Shown here: positions 49,981-61,496 of the stretch, piece after piece
How positions within the stretch are numbered: the stretch's first letter is position 1
How the letters are laid out: every line of letters starts with the position of its first letter
Source of the DNA: an uncultured delta proteobacterium
GTDB taxonomy: Bacteria > Desulfobacterota > Desulfuromonadia > Geobacterales > Pseudopelobacteraceae
NCBI GenBank assembly: GCA_963772835.1
Contig: CAVYYZ010000008.1
Location: 224,001 to 288,000 of the forward strand
Reading direction: 5' to 3'
DNA length: 64,000 nucleotides
Program-made: the position numbers and the translations under genes
Notes under the pieces: model-generated
The model's database searches: none
The model's input: the letters and a program-made list of their open reading frames with translations, nothing else
What the model was told of the DNA's origin: nothing

Positions 49981-50463
49981 ATGGCGAAGGAAAAAGTCCC
50001 GGTAACTGCTGCAGTGCGGGCTCTACGTGCCGAGAAGGTTTTTTTTAGTGACCATCCCTATACGTACCAGGAAAAAGGCGGGACCGCTGTTTCTGCTCGT
50101 GAACTCGGAGTTGACGAACATTCCGTCATAAAAACACTGGTAATGGAGGATGAAAACCGTAATTCGCTGATTGTGCTGATGCATGGTGACCGTAAGGTTT
50201 CGACCAAAGAACTGGCGCGAGTGATAGGCGTAAAGCTGGTTTCTCCCTGCACAGTGGAAGAGGCCCATAAACAGAGCGGTTATCTGGTCGGAGGCACATC
50301 GCCGTTCGGAACCCGGTACCGGATGCCGGTTTATATTGAAGAAAGTATCGTCAGTCTACCAAAGATTTATATAAACGGCGGCAAACGGGGGTATCTGGTC
50401 GGGATGGCGCCGGCTGAACTTGTCAGGGTACTGAAGCCGCATCTGGTAACAGTCGGCATATGA
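49981..50463 (+). CDS. ybaK: Cys-tRNA(Pro) deacylase YbaK
   Basis: IKTLV, GYLVGGTSPFG and INGGKRG motifs. Confidence 0.88.
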   Translation: MAKEKVPVTAAVRALRAEKVFFSDHPYTYQEKGGTAVSARELGVDEHSVIKTLVMEDENRNSLIVLMHGDRKVSTKELARVIGVKLVSPCTVEEAHKQSGYLVGGTSPFGTRYRMPVYIEESIVSLPKIYINGGKRGYLVGMAPAELVRVLKPHLVTVGI

Positions 50464-50548
50464 GGGCCTTGTTACGCATGTTTTTCATCCGGCCGGTCAT
50501 GAGGCTAACGTACAATCCTGGTTATCAGGATCAGAAAAGGGACATGGA

Positions 50549-50998
50549 ATGATCAGGAAAGCACAGATGTCAGATGTTAAGAATATACAGAAGCTATTGA
50601 TGACGTTTGCCAATCGCGGGGACATGCTTTCCCGCTCGTTGTCGGAGCTGTATGAGTCGTTGCGTGATTTCTACGTGATAGAAGAGGAAGGTGTGCTGCT
50701 GGGTGCAGCGGCACTGCATATCGTGTGGGAGGATCTGGCCGAGGTCCGCTCTGTCGCTGTGATGGAAGATGCCGGTCGCAAGGGAATCGGCGGCCGTCTC
50801 GTGCAGGCCTGCATCTCCGAGGCGCGAAACATCGGGTTGAAGCGGATTTTCTGTCTGACGTACAAGCCGGATTTTTTTGCCAAGCATGGCTTTGTTCTTG
50901 TGGATAAGGCCGAGTTGCCGCATAAAGTCTGGGGTGACTGCATAAAATGCCCTAAATTTCCGGATTGTGATGAAAATGCTATGATACTTGACCTTTAG
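50549..50998 (+). CDS. GNAT N-acetyltransferase (short ArgA-like)
   Basis: LAEVRSVAV, F.LTY.PDFF and LPHKVWGDCIKC motifs. Confidence 0.85.
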   Translation: MIRKAQMSDVKNIQKLLMTFANRGDMLSRSLSELYESLRDFYVIEEEGVLLGAAALHIVWEDLAEVRSVAVMEDAGRKGIGGRLVQACISEARNIGLKRIFCLTYKPDFFAKHGFVLVDKAELPHKVWGDCIKCPKFPDCDENAMILDL

Positions 50999-51001
50999 AA
51001 C

Positions 51002-51033
51002 ATGAAAGGGCGGCATAAAAGCCGCCCTTTCAT
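51002..51033. terminator. Bidirectional terminator
   Basis: ATGAAAGGGCGGC-ataaaa-GCCGCCCTTTCAT between convergent genes. Confidence 0.75.
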
Positions 51034-51053
51034 GTTCTAATATCGCTGAAACT

Positions 51054-51971
51054 CTACATCTGATTGAATTCAATCGAAACCAGATTCCTGCCCCGCCGTT
51101 TGCTTTCAAACATGAGCTTGTCGGCGCGTTCGACCAGTGATTCCACTGTGTCCCCCTTGAGAGCCACCGTTGCGCCACCCGAAACAGTTACCTTCAGCAT
51201 TTCTCCGTTATCAAGCGTCAAAGCAGAGTTTTCAACCAGCCTGCGCAGGCGGTCGGTAAGCTTAAACAGATCCTCATTCTTTGTATTTACCAGCAGCACG
51301 ACAAATTCTTCGCCTCCCCAGCGACCGATGGTGTCAAACGAGCGCAGGCTGTTGGCTATCGTCGCGCTGATCATTTTGAGGATGCGGTCACCGACGCTAT
51401 GACCGTGGGTGTCATTAATCCTTTTAAAATGATCGGCATCGAAAAACATGACTGAGAAATCAAAGCCGTATCTTTTAAGCTCTTCCAAACGTGCCGCAAG
51501 AGATATTTCGACAAAGCGACGGTTGGCAATGCCGGTCAGTAAATCGTGCATCGCCAGATCCTGAAGTTCTTCAAGTCGTTGGCGCATGGCATAGCGTGGT
51601 GAACTGCTGCTGTGAATCTCTACGGCAACCACGTAGTGCTGATCAACCTCACGTACCGGGGCGATCCTGATCGATATCGGCAGCAGATGGCCTTCTTTGT
51701 GGCAAATGTACGCTTCGACTTCGGTCAGGGTTGAAATGTCGAAAACCCGCCGTATCGGGCAGGTATCGCTTTCGCAGAGATGCCTCCCCTGTTTGTCAAG
51801 CGGCTTGAAAATGTCACAATAATTTCTGCCCTGAACATCTGCAGAATTGTAGCCGGTCAGGTTTGTGGCTCCCTTGTTCCAGTACGTGATGCATCCTTCC
51901 TTGTCCACAAAGAAGATTCCGTCGTACAGATTGTCGAGAATCTCACGGTAAAAATCGACAGTTTCCAGCAT
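51054..51971 (-). CDS. PAS-GGDEF dinucleotide cyclase
   Basis: N-terminal PAS; DLLTGIANRR, D.DHFK.INDTHGH and RWGGEEF motifs. Confidence 0.92.
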   Translation of the reverse strand: MLETVDFYREILDNLYDGIFFVDKEGCITYWNKGATNLTGYNSADVQGRNYCDIFKPLDKQGRHLCESDTCPIRRVFDISTLTEVEAYICHKEGHLLPISIRIAPVREVDQHYVVAVEIHSSSSPRYAMRQRLEELQDLAMHDLLTGIANRRFVEISLAARLEELKRYGFDFSVMFFDADHFKRINDTHGHSVGDRILKMISATIANSLRSFDTIGRWGGEEFVVLLVNTKNEDLFKLTDRLRRLVENSALTLDNGEMLKVTVSGGATVALKGDTVESLVERADKLMFESKRRGRNLVSIEFNQM

Positions 51972-52122
51972 GCGTACCCCCATTAAATGTGCGGGAATAA
52001 TAGGACTGTTTGCATTTGAATGCAAGGTGCAAATAGGTGGTACCGTACAGGACGTTCACAGGTCACAACAACGGGGAAAAAACGCCCCGGAGAGGGGCGT
52101 TACAGGGTAGTGGCGGGAGGGG

Positions 52123-52599
52123 TCAGATGTAGTACATGACGCGATGATCGACCTCGTTTTTGATGCCCATATCATGGGCACGCTGACAGAGGGTTTGCAG
52201 TGTCATATCGCCAAACAGGGTGTTAAGAAGCGTGTTTGCTTCTGCCCAGACGGTCTGTGTTACACATTGTCCTTCAAAAGGACATTCGTTTTTGCGACGG
52301 AGTTTCTTTGGCGTGGCTCCTGCGCAGTCAACCAGTAATACGTCCTGCTCGGTGGCATTCAGAATTTCAAGAACCGTAATTTCTTCAGGTTTGCGTGACA
52401 GCGCATAGCCCCCCTGTGGCCCACGCTTGCTTTTCAGGAGGCCGGCGCGCTTCAGGTTCTGGAATATCTGTTCAAGGTAACGGGGAGAAATCTGTTGCCG
52501 TCGGGAGATGTCCTGAATCTGGGCAGGTGCAGGGCCGCAGTTATAGGCAATGTCGAACATGGCCCTCAGGCCGTATCTGCTTTTGGTGGAGAGGCGCAT
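52123..52599 (-). CDS. Rrf2-family transcriptional regulator with three Cys
   Basis: STKSRYGLRA, YLEQI and RGPQGGY motifs; C...C.....C. Confidence 0.92.
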   Translation of the reverse strand: MRLSTKSRYGLRAMFDIAYNCGPAPAQIQDISRRQQISPRYLEQIFQNLKRAGLLKSKRGPQGGYALSRKPEEITVLEILNATEQDVLLVDCAGATPKKLRRKNECPFEGQCVTQTVWAEANTLLNTLFGDMTLQTLCQRAHDMGIKNEVDHRVMYYI

Positions 52600-52712
52600 A
52601 CTGTTCCTCCGGATAGAATAAAATGAGGAAAATCATTACGGAAGCATCGTGTGGTTGTCAAGGAAATAAACAGTCGGAAGGCTGCTTCGCAGATATGTGA
52701 CTGAGATCTGAA

Positions 52713-53444
52713 CTATCGCGCGGTGCGGGCAATTGTTACTGCAGTCACGACGTCAGCCCCGGCTTTTTTCAGCTCTTTGGCACATTCGTTCATTGTGCTG
52801 CCTGTTGTCATAATGTCGTCCAGAAGCAGTATCCGATTTCCTGCAACGCAGTCGGGTCTGGTGACCGTAAAGGCTCCCTTGACATTCAGGCGCCGCACTG
52901 CGGCCGGGAGGTCAATCTGAGGCTCAGTCGGCCGTGTCCGGGTGAGGACATGTGGCAGCATCGGTAGAGAGCACCGGTGCGATAGTACCTTCCCGAGGAG
53001 TACCGCCTGGTTAAAGCCTCGCTGCCGAAGGCGGGAACGGTGTAACGGAACGGGAACTATGAAATGCGGGTTCTGTCCGGCAATAAATTCGCTCATGCCT
53101 TCAACGATAAGAAGTGCAAGCGGTTTTCTCAGATATGTTTTCTGATTGTATTTGAAGGCGTGGATCATGTCGCGAATGGGTCCTTCATACAGAAAATGTG
53201 CCCGGGCCGTATCAAAACCGGGTGGATGGGTTAGGCAGGCTCCGCAGCAATGATCGGAGCCTGCCCCGACAAAAGGAATCCCGCAGACAGGGCAGAGCGG
53301 CGAAGCAACAAGAGGCAGGTGCTCTCGGCATGTCGGGCAGATATGCAGTGTGTCGGCATCCGGTATATGGTCATGGCAGATGTGGCAGAGAGGCGGCAGA
53401 ATGGAGTCAAGCAGTGCCTGGAAGAACGGCCTGACTCCATTCAT
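52713..53444 (-). CDS. ComF-family protein (double Zn ribbon + PRTase)
   Basis: CxxC repeats; VPVPLH, RGFNQA and DDIMTTGST motifs. Confidence 0.9.
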   Translation of the reverse strand: MNGVRPFFQALLDSILPPLCHICHDHIPDADTLHICPTCREHLPLVASPLCPVCGIPFVGAGSDHCCGACLTHPPGFDTARAHFLYEGPIRDMIHAFKYNQKTYLRKPLALLIVEGMSEFIAGQNPHFIVPVPLHRSRLRQRGFNQAVLLGKVLSHRCSLPMLPHVLTRTRPTEPQIDLPAAVRRLNVKGAFTVTRPDCVAGNRILLLDDIMTTGSTMNECAKELKKAGADVVTAVTIARTAR

Positions 53445-54098
53445 CTAAAAGCCCATTTCAGCGTTGACTACCAACACATGGAGATCAGTAAAGCGGGGTT
53501 TGCGATCGATAATCGTAGTTACTCTGCAGAGCCGGTCGGGTGAGTGGCAATCGCTGCAGAAACCGGTCGAAGAACAGGGCGTTTTGAAATTGAGTCGTTT
53601 TGAATTGGGGGGGGTCGCCCAGCTTTTGACCCGTTCGATGGCATCCTGTGGTGTCCCGTCAACCAGTTTGTTGCGGCCGGCAACGACAATCACCTTGCGT
53701 GGGCCAAAGAGCATTGCTCCGACCCGGTTACCGGTGGCATCAATGTTAACCAGTTCACCGTTCAGAGTCAATGCGTTGCAGCCTGAGAGAAACAGGTCGC
53801 ACGTTAACTGGCGGCGCATGATGGCCATTTTTTCATCACGCGAGAAAACCGGGCTGCCATGGTTAAGGATCTCTTTACCCTGCTCCCGTAGCACCTGTTC
53901 TACCCCCAGAGAAACTATCGACATTGAGCCGCCGAAACCTATGGTAACAGCATCAGCTGCACCTGCGAGAATATACTCTGCAGCATCCTGCGGAGTGTCG
54001 CAGTACACGGCAGTAAAGTCATTCTTCTCAAGTGCCGCAACCGCCTTGCGGCACTTCTGCTCATGTGTCCACATGACAAGCTCTTCCGTCATACCCAT
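53445..54098 (-). CDS. LUD-domain (lactate utilization C-like) protein
   Basis: GFGGS, NA.T..GELVNID.TGNRV, GP.KVIVVAG.NK and C...G.C.DC.SP.R.C motifs. Confidence 0.85.
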   Translation of the reverse strand: MGMTEELVMWTHEQKCRKAVAALEKNDFTAVYCDTPQDAAEYILAGAADAVTIGFGGSMSIVSLGVEQVLREQGKEILNHGSPVFSRDEKMAIMRRQLTCDLFLSGCNALTLNGELVNIDATGNRVGAMLFGPRKVIVVAGRNKLVDGTPQDAIERVKSWATPPNSKRLNFKTPCSSTGFCSDCHSPDRLCRVTTIIDRKPRFTDLHVLVVNAEMGF

Positions 54099-54108
54099 AG
54101 CATCCCCC

Positions 54109-54675
54109 CTACTTTACAACTTTGACTGACTTGATGATGACAGGGGTCTCGGGGACATCAGGAAATCCACGGGTTACCGTCTTTACAGACCTGATTTTAT
54201 CTACAACGTCCATACCTTCCAGTACTTTGCCGAAAACCGCATATCCGAAACCGTCCGGACTGGGGCGGTTGAGCCCATCGTTATTTTTTACATTGATAAA
54301 AAATTGAGCGGTGGCACTGTCAGGTGCTCCCGTACGAGCCATGGCGATAGTACCACGGTCATTTTTCAAGCCATTTGTCGCTTCATTTTTTATGGGCGGT
54401 TTTGTTGTCTTCTGTTTAAATTCTGCGGAAAAACCACCACCCTGGATCATAAAGTCCTTGATAACCCGATGGAATATAGTCCCGTTGTAAAAGCCGCTTT
54501 TCGCATAATCAAGAAAGTTTTTGACGCTGACAGGCGCTTCTTTTTCAAACAGCTCTATCTTGACTGCTCCAAGACTTGTTTCCATAGTAACAACAGGGTT
54601 CTTATTCCCCTCAGCGCAGGCAATACCTGCCATGAAACAGACCAGCATAATAACACGAAGCAATTTTTTAATCAT
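54109..54675 (-). CDS. ppiA: Periplasmic cyclophilin-type peptidyl-prolyl isomerase
   Basis: [31 protein letters not shown] and YAVFGKV motifs; signal peptide. Confidence 0.9.
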   Translation of the reverse strand: MIKKLLRVIMLVCFMAGIACAEGNKNPVVTMETSLGAVKIELFEKEAPVSVKNFLDYAKSGFYNGTIFHRVIKDFMIQGGGFSAEFKQKTTKPPIKNEATNGLKNDRGTIAMARTGAPDSATAQFFINVKNNDGLNRPSPDGFGYAVFGKVLEGMDVVDKIRSVKTVTRGFPDVPETPVIIKSVKVVK

Positions 54676-54744
54676 GATACCCTCCGAATAAATTTGACTG
54701 AGAAATGGTGGTTACTATACGACAGGCGGTCCGTAAAATCAATA

Positions 54745-55698
54745 TCAGCCGGCACAGCCCCGTACCAGTTCCGCCAGGCACCGGATAAACAGCGGAGAGT
54801 CGTTAAGAGACTCCATGCGGCGGAAGTTGGTGATGCCGAGGTGCTCGGCAACCTCACGATACTCAATGTCAATTTCGTGCAATGTTTCAATGTGATCGGA
54901 AACAAACGACAGCGGTACCACCAAAACATCAGTATGACCTGCTGCGGCAATTTCCTTCAGCTTTTCGCCGGTGGACGGCTCCAGCCATTTGACAGGACCG
55001 GCTCGCGACTGGAAGGCGAGATGGTGCGAAACATCGCCGAGCTGTTCCATGACAAGCCGCACCGTCGCCTGAATGTGGTCAAGATAGGGATCACCTTCGG
55101 TAATAAATGACTGCGGCAGAGAATGGGCAGAAAAAAAGAGTTGTACCCTGGAACGTTCAGAAAACAGGGCAAGGGATTGATCAATCTTTTCCGCCAACGC
55201 CTTGATATAGAGGGGGTGATCGTAAAACTGGCGTACGGAATGAACCTCAAACGGGGTAGAACTCTTTTTCAGCGAGCGCTTCAGATCATTAAAACTTGAT
55301 CCGGATGTGGCACGGGAATAATGCGGGTAGAGCGAGACGGCTATGACCTTTCTGATGCCCGTTTTTTCGATGGCTGCCAGCGCTTCCGGGGCAAAAGGGT
55401 GCCAGTAACGCATGGCGACAAAGCAGCGATAGGATTCTCCCAACTCGCTTTCAAGCGCAGCCGCCTGCTGTTCTGTCAACTTGCGCAACGGCGACTTGCC
55501 GCCGATCTGTCGGTAGTTGGCAGCGCTCTTGGGAGCCCGGCGCTTAACGATCATCCTGGCAATAAAAGGCTGCAGAAAAGCCGGTCCGATTTTTATAATT
55601 TCGCGATCGGAAAAAAGGTTGTAGAGAAATGGTTCTACCGACTCCAACGAATCCGGTCCTCCCATCTGGAGCAGCAGCACGGCGGTCTTTTCAGGCAT
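54745..55698 (-). CDS. hemH: Ferrochelatase
   Basis: MGGP, IGGKSPL, AMRYWHP, LYPHYS, FSAHSLP, WLEP and SDHIETL.EID motifs. Confidence 0.95.
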   Translation of the reverse strand: MPEKTAVLLLQMGGPDSLESVEPFLYNLFSDREIIKIGPAFLQPFIARMIVKRRAPKSAANYRQIGGKSPLRKLTEQQAAALESELGESYRCFVAMRYWHPFAPEALAAIEKTGIRKVIAVSLYPHYSRATSGSSFNDLKRSLKKSSTPFEVHSVRQFYDHPLYIKALAEKIDQSLALFSERSRVQLFFSAHSLPQSFITEGDPYLDHIQATVRLVMEQLGDVSHHLAFQSRAGPVKWLEPSTGEKLKEIAAAGHTDVLVVPLSFVSDHIETLHEIDIEYREVAEHLGITNFRRMESLNDSPLFIRCLAELVRGCAG

Positions 55699-55701
55699 AT
55701 C

Positions 55702-56019
55702 TCACGCCCGGATCATGGTCAGAAGCATCTTGAATGGCTTGACCGCTTTCAGCTCGTGGGGAATGTTAGCCGGCATAATAATCAGCTGACCGGAGTGTAC
55801 GGTTTGTGCTTCTCCGTTTATAACCACCTCAGCCTCCCCGTCAACCACCTGAACAACAGCGTCGAAAGGCGCAGTATGCTCACTCAGTCCCTGTCCGGCT
55901 CCAAACGAAAACATCGTCAGTGTACCGATTTTCTTGTCGATAAGTGTCTTGCTGACGACCGAACCATCCTGATATGAAACGAGTTCACTCAATGTCAATG
56001 CCGTACCAATTAGTTCCAT
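55702..56019 (-). CDS. Cupin-domain protein
   Basis: GQGLSEHTAPFDA and MPANIPH motifs. Confidence 0.88.
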   Translation of the reverse strand: MELIGTALTLSELVSYQDGSVVSKTLIDKKIGTLTMFSFGAGQGLSEHTAPFDAVVQVVDGEAEVVINGEAQTVHSGQLIIMPANIPHELKAVKPFKMLLTMIRA

Positions 56020-56084
56020 ATGTTTTCCTCTCTTCCTGCGGGTTATATTCCATTCAGCATACTATCGCATCAGCCAAAAAAAAC

Positions 56085-56112
56085 AAAGGCGGAAAACCGA
56101 AGTTTTCCGCCC
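56085..56112 (-). terminator. Intrinsic terminator of the groESL operon
   Basis: GGCGGAAAAC-cgaa-GTTTTCCGCC with an A-run on the left (U-tail on the minus strand). Confidence 0.75.
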
Positions 56113-56152
56113 GTGTATAAAACAAATGCATTACAGGTTACGGATGTACTGT

Positions 56153-57829
<1,677 letters not shown>

Positions 57830-57978
57830 TTAGTATGGTTTGAATTGTCAGAAACGCGAAACGGTTGAACTTTCGATGATGGCTTCTCCGGTCTGCGAGC
57901 TCGCGGAGACGTACCATAAGGAACGTCGCACAAGGCGTAAAGAAGGCCGGTGAGACCAGCTCGGAAAAACAGCCGATT

Positions 57979-58266
57979 TTATTCTACAACGGCCAGGATG
58001 TCGTCTTCACGCATCATAAGGTAGTCGTTGCCATCAACTTTAACTTCGGTTCCGGCGTATTTGCCGAACAGAACGATATCGCCGACTTTTACATCCAGCG
58101 GCAGCACTTTGCCATCTTCGGTTTTCTTGCCATTTCCGGCTGCTACGATTTCACCGCGCTGCGGCTTTTCTTTAGCGGTCTCAGGGATGAAAAGCCCCCC
58201 AGCGGTTTTGGTCTCTTCTTCGACGCGTTTCACAATGATACGGTCCTGCAGTGGTCGTAAATTCAT
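57979..58266 (-). CDS. groS: Co-chaperonin GroES
   Basis: [15 protein letters not shown] and KYAGTEV motifs. Confidence 0.99.
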   Translation of the reverse strand: MNLRPLQDRIIVKRVEEETKTAGGLFIPETAKEKPQRGEIVAAGNGKKTEDGKVLPLDVKVGDIVLFGKYAGTEVKVDGNDYLMMREDDILAVVE

Positions 58267-58314
58267 CTTTACTTCTCCTTTCTATCCTTGTGTGGTGTGG
58301 TGGTTAATTTGAAA

Positions 58315-58341
58315 TTAGCACTCGAGACTGCCGAGTGCTAA
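58315..58341. promoter_or_regulatory. CIRCE element (HrcA operator)
   Basis: Perfect TTAGCACTC-N9-GAGTGCTAA upstream of groES. Confidence 0.97.
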
Positions 58342-58350
58342 CACTATCGG

Positions 58351-58379
58351 AATATAAACAGCGCCCCTTCAAAAATCAA
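58351..58379 (-). promoter_or_regulatory. Sigma70-type promoter of groESL
   Basis: Minus strand TTGATT-N17-TATATT immediately upstream of CIRCE. Confidence 0.7.
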
Positions 58380-58594
58380 GGGGTATCTATAATTATTTTA
58401 TGACTGTGTACAATACGGGCAGGAGTTGTATGACTAGAGAAACCACGGAAAGCAATACCTGTTTGCCGTCCCGGTTCAAAACCAGTGGGAGAAACTTCTT
58501 ACAGGTAATCTGTATATGGCGTGTTGCGGTATATTACGTACTCAACTGTATTTGTTTCGGAAAAGAGGCAGTGTGCGACTCACACCTCCAGGCA

Positions 58595-58981
58595 TCAAAC
58601 GGACCTTTTCTTCAGTTCGTTCGGGTACCTGTAGGTATATCCGCGATTGGCAGCTCTTAAAGGGTCTACACCCACCGTAACCCATCCGGTAATCCTCTTG
58701 AATTTGACGATTTTGTTCGATTCTATCAGTACGTCCAGCATTCTATCAGAAACGTAATCATAACGATTGTCGGTAAATTCCACCTGCACAATATTCTTAA
58801 CTTCTTCTGTCGGTTTGTAACTTGCAACGCGCTGAAAGCGTCGAAGAGGTTCACGCCCTACTGTCACCCAACCGGAAGAACGCCTGAACCCGATGATTTC
58901 GTTTGAAATTATCAGCTTTTGAAGCATGCTGTCTTTTACATAGTCGAAACGGTTGTCTGCATAATGTACCTGAATAAGCAT
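58595..58981 (-). CDS. GSU3473-like protein with two tandem copies of the domain
   Basis: IQVHYADNRFDYV...FRRSSGWVTVGREPLR followed by VQVEFTDNRYDYV...FKRITGWVTVGVDPLR. Confidence 0.75.
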   Translation of the reverse strand: MLIQVHYADNRFDYVKDSMLQKLIISNEIIGFRRSSGWVTVGREPLRRFQRVASYKPTEEVKNIVQVEFTDNRYDYVSDRMLDVLIESNKIVKFKRITGWVTVGVDPLRAANRGYTYRYPNELKKRSV

Positions 58982-59138
58982 GATCACGCCCTCTTGGTGA
59001 AATAATACCAAAAGGGTCCTGTTGAGTCAAATTATATTTTAATGACAAATCAGTAACTCATCTATTGTGCCCGCCCGGTTTTTGCCGGAGCCTACCGATA
59101 CAGAACGTCTGAAAGGGAGCAATTTCATTGTTACAATC

Positions 59139-60467
59139 TCAGACGTGTAAAATCGGCCAGCCGACTTCAAGATCGGGCGGATAGAAATTCTCTTTCGTAC
59201 GGTTGTAATAACCGAACTGCAAACGGGGGAACTCTTTTTTCAGTTTCTGCAGAAGACGATACATGCCGATTCCCTTCCCCTGCGCACCCATTTCGCGGTT
59301 GTAGTACTCCGGATCGATCGAGAGATTACGCATCTGGATCATATCGATATTCGTTTTGGCGACAAATTTCATCAGAGCCTCAACTTCCTCCGGTGCATCC
59401 GAAACACCGGGCGATACCAGATAGTTGATAGAGGTGAAACGGCCGGCCTCTTTTGCTATATGCACGGATCGTAACACGTCATTAAACAAATATCCTCTGG
59501 GACGGTAATAGCGGTTGTAGGTGTCTTCGCGCACCGAATTCATCGAAAAGCGGAATGAATCCATCCCGGCGTCGCAAAGAAGCTGTACCCGTTCCGGGAT
59601 CGAGCCGTTCGAGTTGAAATTGACCGTGCCGCGCGACGTCCCTTTTTTCATGCGTCTGGTCGCCTCCGCAATCGTGTCCGCCTGCAGAATCGGATCTCCT
59701 TCACACCCCTGACCGTAGGAAACGATAGCCTGCTCGGCATTTTCCAGGTGGGGGAGGGCGAGCTCGCACAGCTCATCGGGTGTCGGGACGAAGCTGATCC
59801 GGTCGTGATTGGAGGGGCAGCATTCTGACGCCTGAAGGCTGATGCATCCCAGACAGGCCGAATTGCAGACCGGCGAGGTTGGCAACGGTGCTTCCCAGCG
59901 GCGATAGAAGAGGTTTTTGGCGGCAAAACAGTGGTAATCAACGGCGCAGCGTGACAGCTGCTCCAGCAAGCGGTTATCCGGCATCTGTTTCAGCATCGCC
60001 CTGACCAGCGGGTCAAGGGTGCGATCATCATAATTTACCGGATTCCAGTTACTGTTGTTGTCTACCTTGGTGGCGGCGACTACGAAACAATCACGATCCT
60101 CGTCCCACCCGACGGCAGTATACGACCAGAGCGGCAGAAGTTCGGTCTTCTTTGAGTAATCGCATGCCGGCAGCAAAGTTCGCAGGTAGCCTGGGGCCAT
60201 GAAGGCGGAAACTGCCTGGATCCGCTGACTCCGTTTTCCCTCCCGCAGTGTGTCGACTGTGATGAACGTCTTCTTGCGCGGGTCCCAGGCGACCGGCGGC
60301 ATGGCTGGCATGGTAAAGAGCCTGCTGTCCTCGGGAAGCGGAATCAGTTCGACATCTTCCGGCAGGGTCGGTACAGAACCGTTCATCCCGGCCATGCAGA
60401 GTTCCGGGTGGTCGAAAATATTTCCTTTATGATCGGCATACAACATTTTTGGCAGGCGTCGTGACAC
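59139..60467 (-). CDS. Radical SAM protein with N-terminal extension
   Basis: CNSACLGC (CxxxCxxC), SYGQGCEGDP and N.NSNGS motifs. Confidence 0.85.
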   Translation of the reverse strand: MSRRLPKMLYADHKGNIFDHPELCMAGMNGSVPTLPEDVELIPLPEDSRLFTMPAMPPVAWDPRKKTFITVDTLREGKRSQRIQAVSAFMAPGYLRTLLPACDYSKKTELLPLWSYTAVGWDEDRDCFVVAATKVDNNSNWNPVNYDDRTLDPLVRAMLKQMPDNRLLEQLSRCAVDYHCFAAKNLFYRRWEAPLPTSPVCNSACLGCISLQASECCPSNHDRISFVPTPDELCELALPHLENAEQAIVSYGQGCEGDPILQADTIAEATRRMKKGTSRGTVNFNSNGSIPERVQLLCDAGMDSFRFSMNSVREDTYNRYYRPRGYLFNDVLRSVHIAKEAGRFTSINYLVSPGVSDAPEEVEALMKFVAKTNIDMIQMRNLSIDPEYYNREMGAQGKGIGMYRLLQKLKKEFPRLQFGYYNRTKENFYPPDLEVGWPILHV

Positions 60468-60627
60468 GGAGGTGCTCCTGATGTTTTTTCGGTAACCTAC
60501 AGAGAGGTGACAGACTACCGCTATAAATTTTCATGTCAAGCGGGAATGTTTTATTGTTGCATACGAACGCAATATGCAGAAGAATGTGGAATCGCAGATT
60601 CAGTAACTATCAGTTGGGTTAATTACT

Positions 60628-61421
60628 ATGAACAGAATTGCAGCAGGACTGCTTGCTTTTATCATCACTGCCGGCTCTTCCGCCTTCGCCGGTTCACCGC
60701 CCCCATCAGTGGAAAGCCTGAAACAACTCAATGCGGCACGATACGCCGGTGTTACACCAGCCCGGTGGGGGAAAAAATCACCGGTGTCCGCACCCGGCTT
60801 GACACCGGTGAGAAAGTTATCGCACTGACACTTGATGCATGCGGCAGTGCCAGGGGTAAGGGTGTTGATGCCCGGCTGATGGAGTTTCTGATTGCCAATC
60901 AGATACCGGCCACACTCTTTATCAATGGCCGCTGGATTGATGCAAATCCCGAGTTGTTCAGAAAATTGGCCGCAAACCCGCTTTTTGAGATAGCCAACCA
61001 CGGCATGTACCACAAGCCGGCCTCGGTCACCGGACGTTCCATATATGGCATTGCCGGGACGCAGAACGCCGGTGAAGTGGTTGAGGAGATCGAGTTGAAT
61101 GCCCGGAAAATTGAGGCGATCAGCGGGGTGAGGCCGAAGCTGTATCGTTCGGGTACCGCCTATTATGACGAGATTTCGGTTCAGATATCTCAAGGACTCG
61201 GTCATGAGGTCGCCGGCTATTCGCTGCTGGGAGATGCCGGTGCGACCTGGAGCGCTGCCCAGGTTAAAGAGGCACTCTTGAAGGCGGTGCCGGGTGATAT
61301 TGCCCTATTGCATATGAACCACCCTGAAGCAGGGACAGGAGAGGGTATTATGGCGGCTGTACCGGAGTTGGAGCGTCGAGGGTTCAGGTTTGTCAGGATG
61401 TCGGATTATCCGTTGAAGTAG
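60628..61421 (+). CDS. Secreted polysaccharide deacetylase (NodB/CE4), split by a 1-nt frameshift at ~60767-60777
   Basis: Signal peptide MNRIAAGLLAFII...ARWG in one frame; GEKITGV...ALTLDAC, ATLF, IANHG.YH, LYRSG and LLHM in another. Confidence 0.82.
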
Positions 61422-61438
61422 TCCCGGCCGCAGAGACT

Positions 61439-61474
61439 AAAAAAGCCCCGAACGTGTAAAGAACGGGGCTTTTT
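61439..61474. terminator. Bidirectional terminator
   Basis: AAAAAAGCCCCG...CGGGGCTTTTT between convergent genes. Confidence 0.72.
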
Positions 61475-61496
61475 AGTGCAATCAAAACAATTGCAG

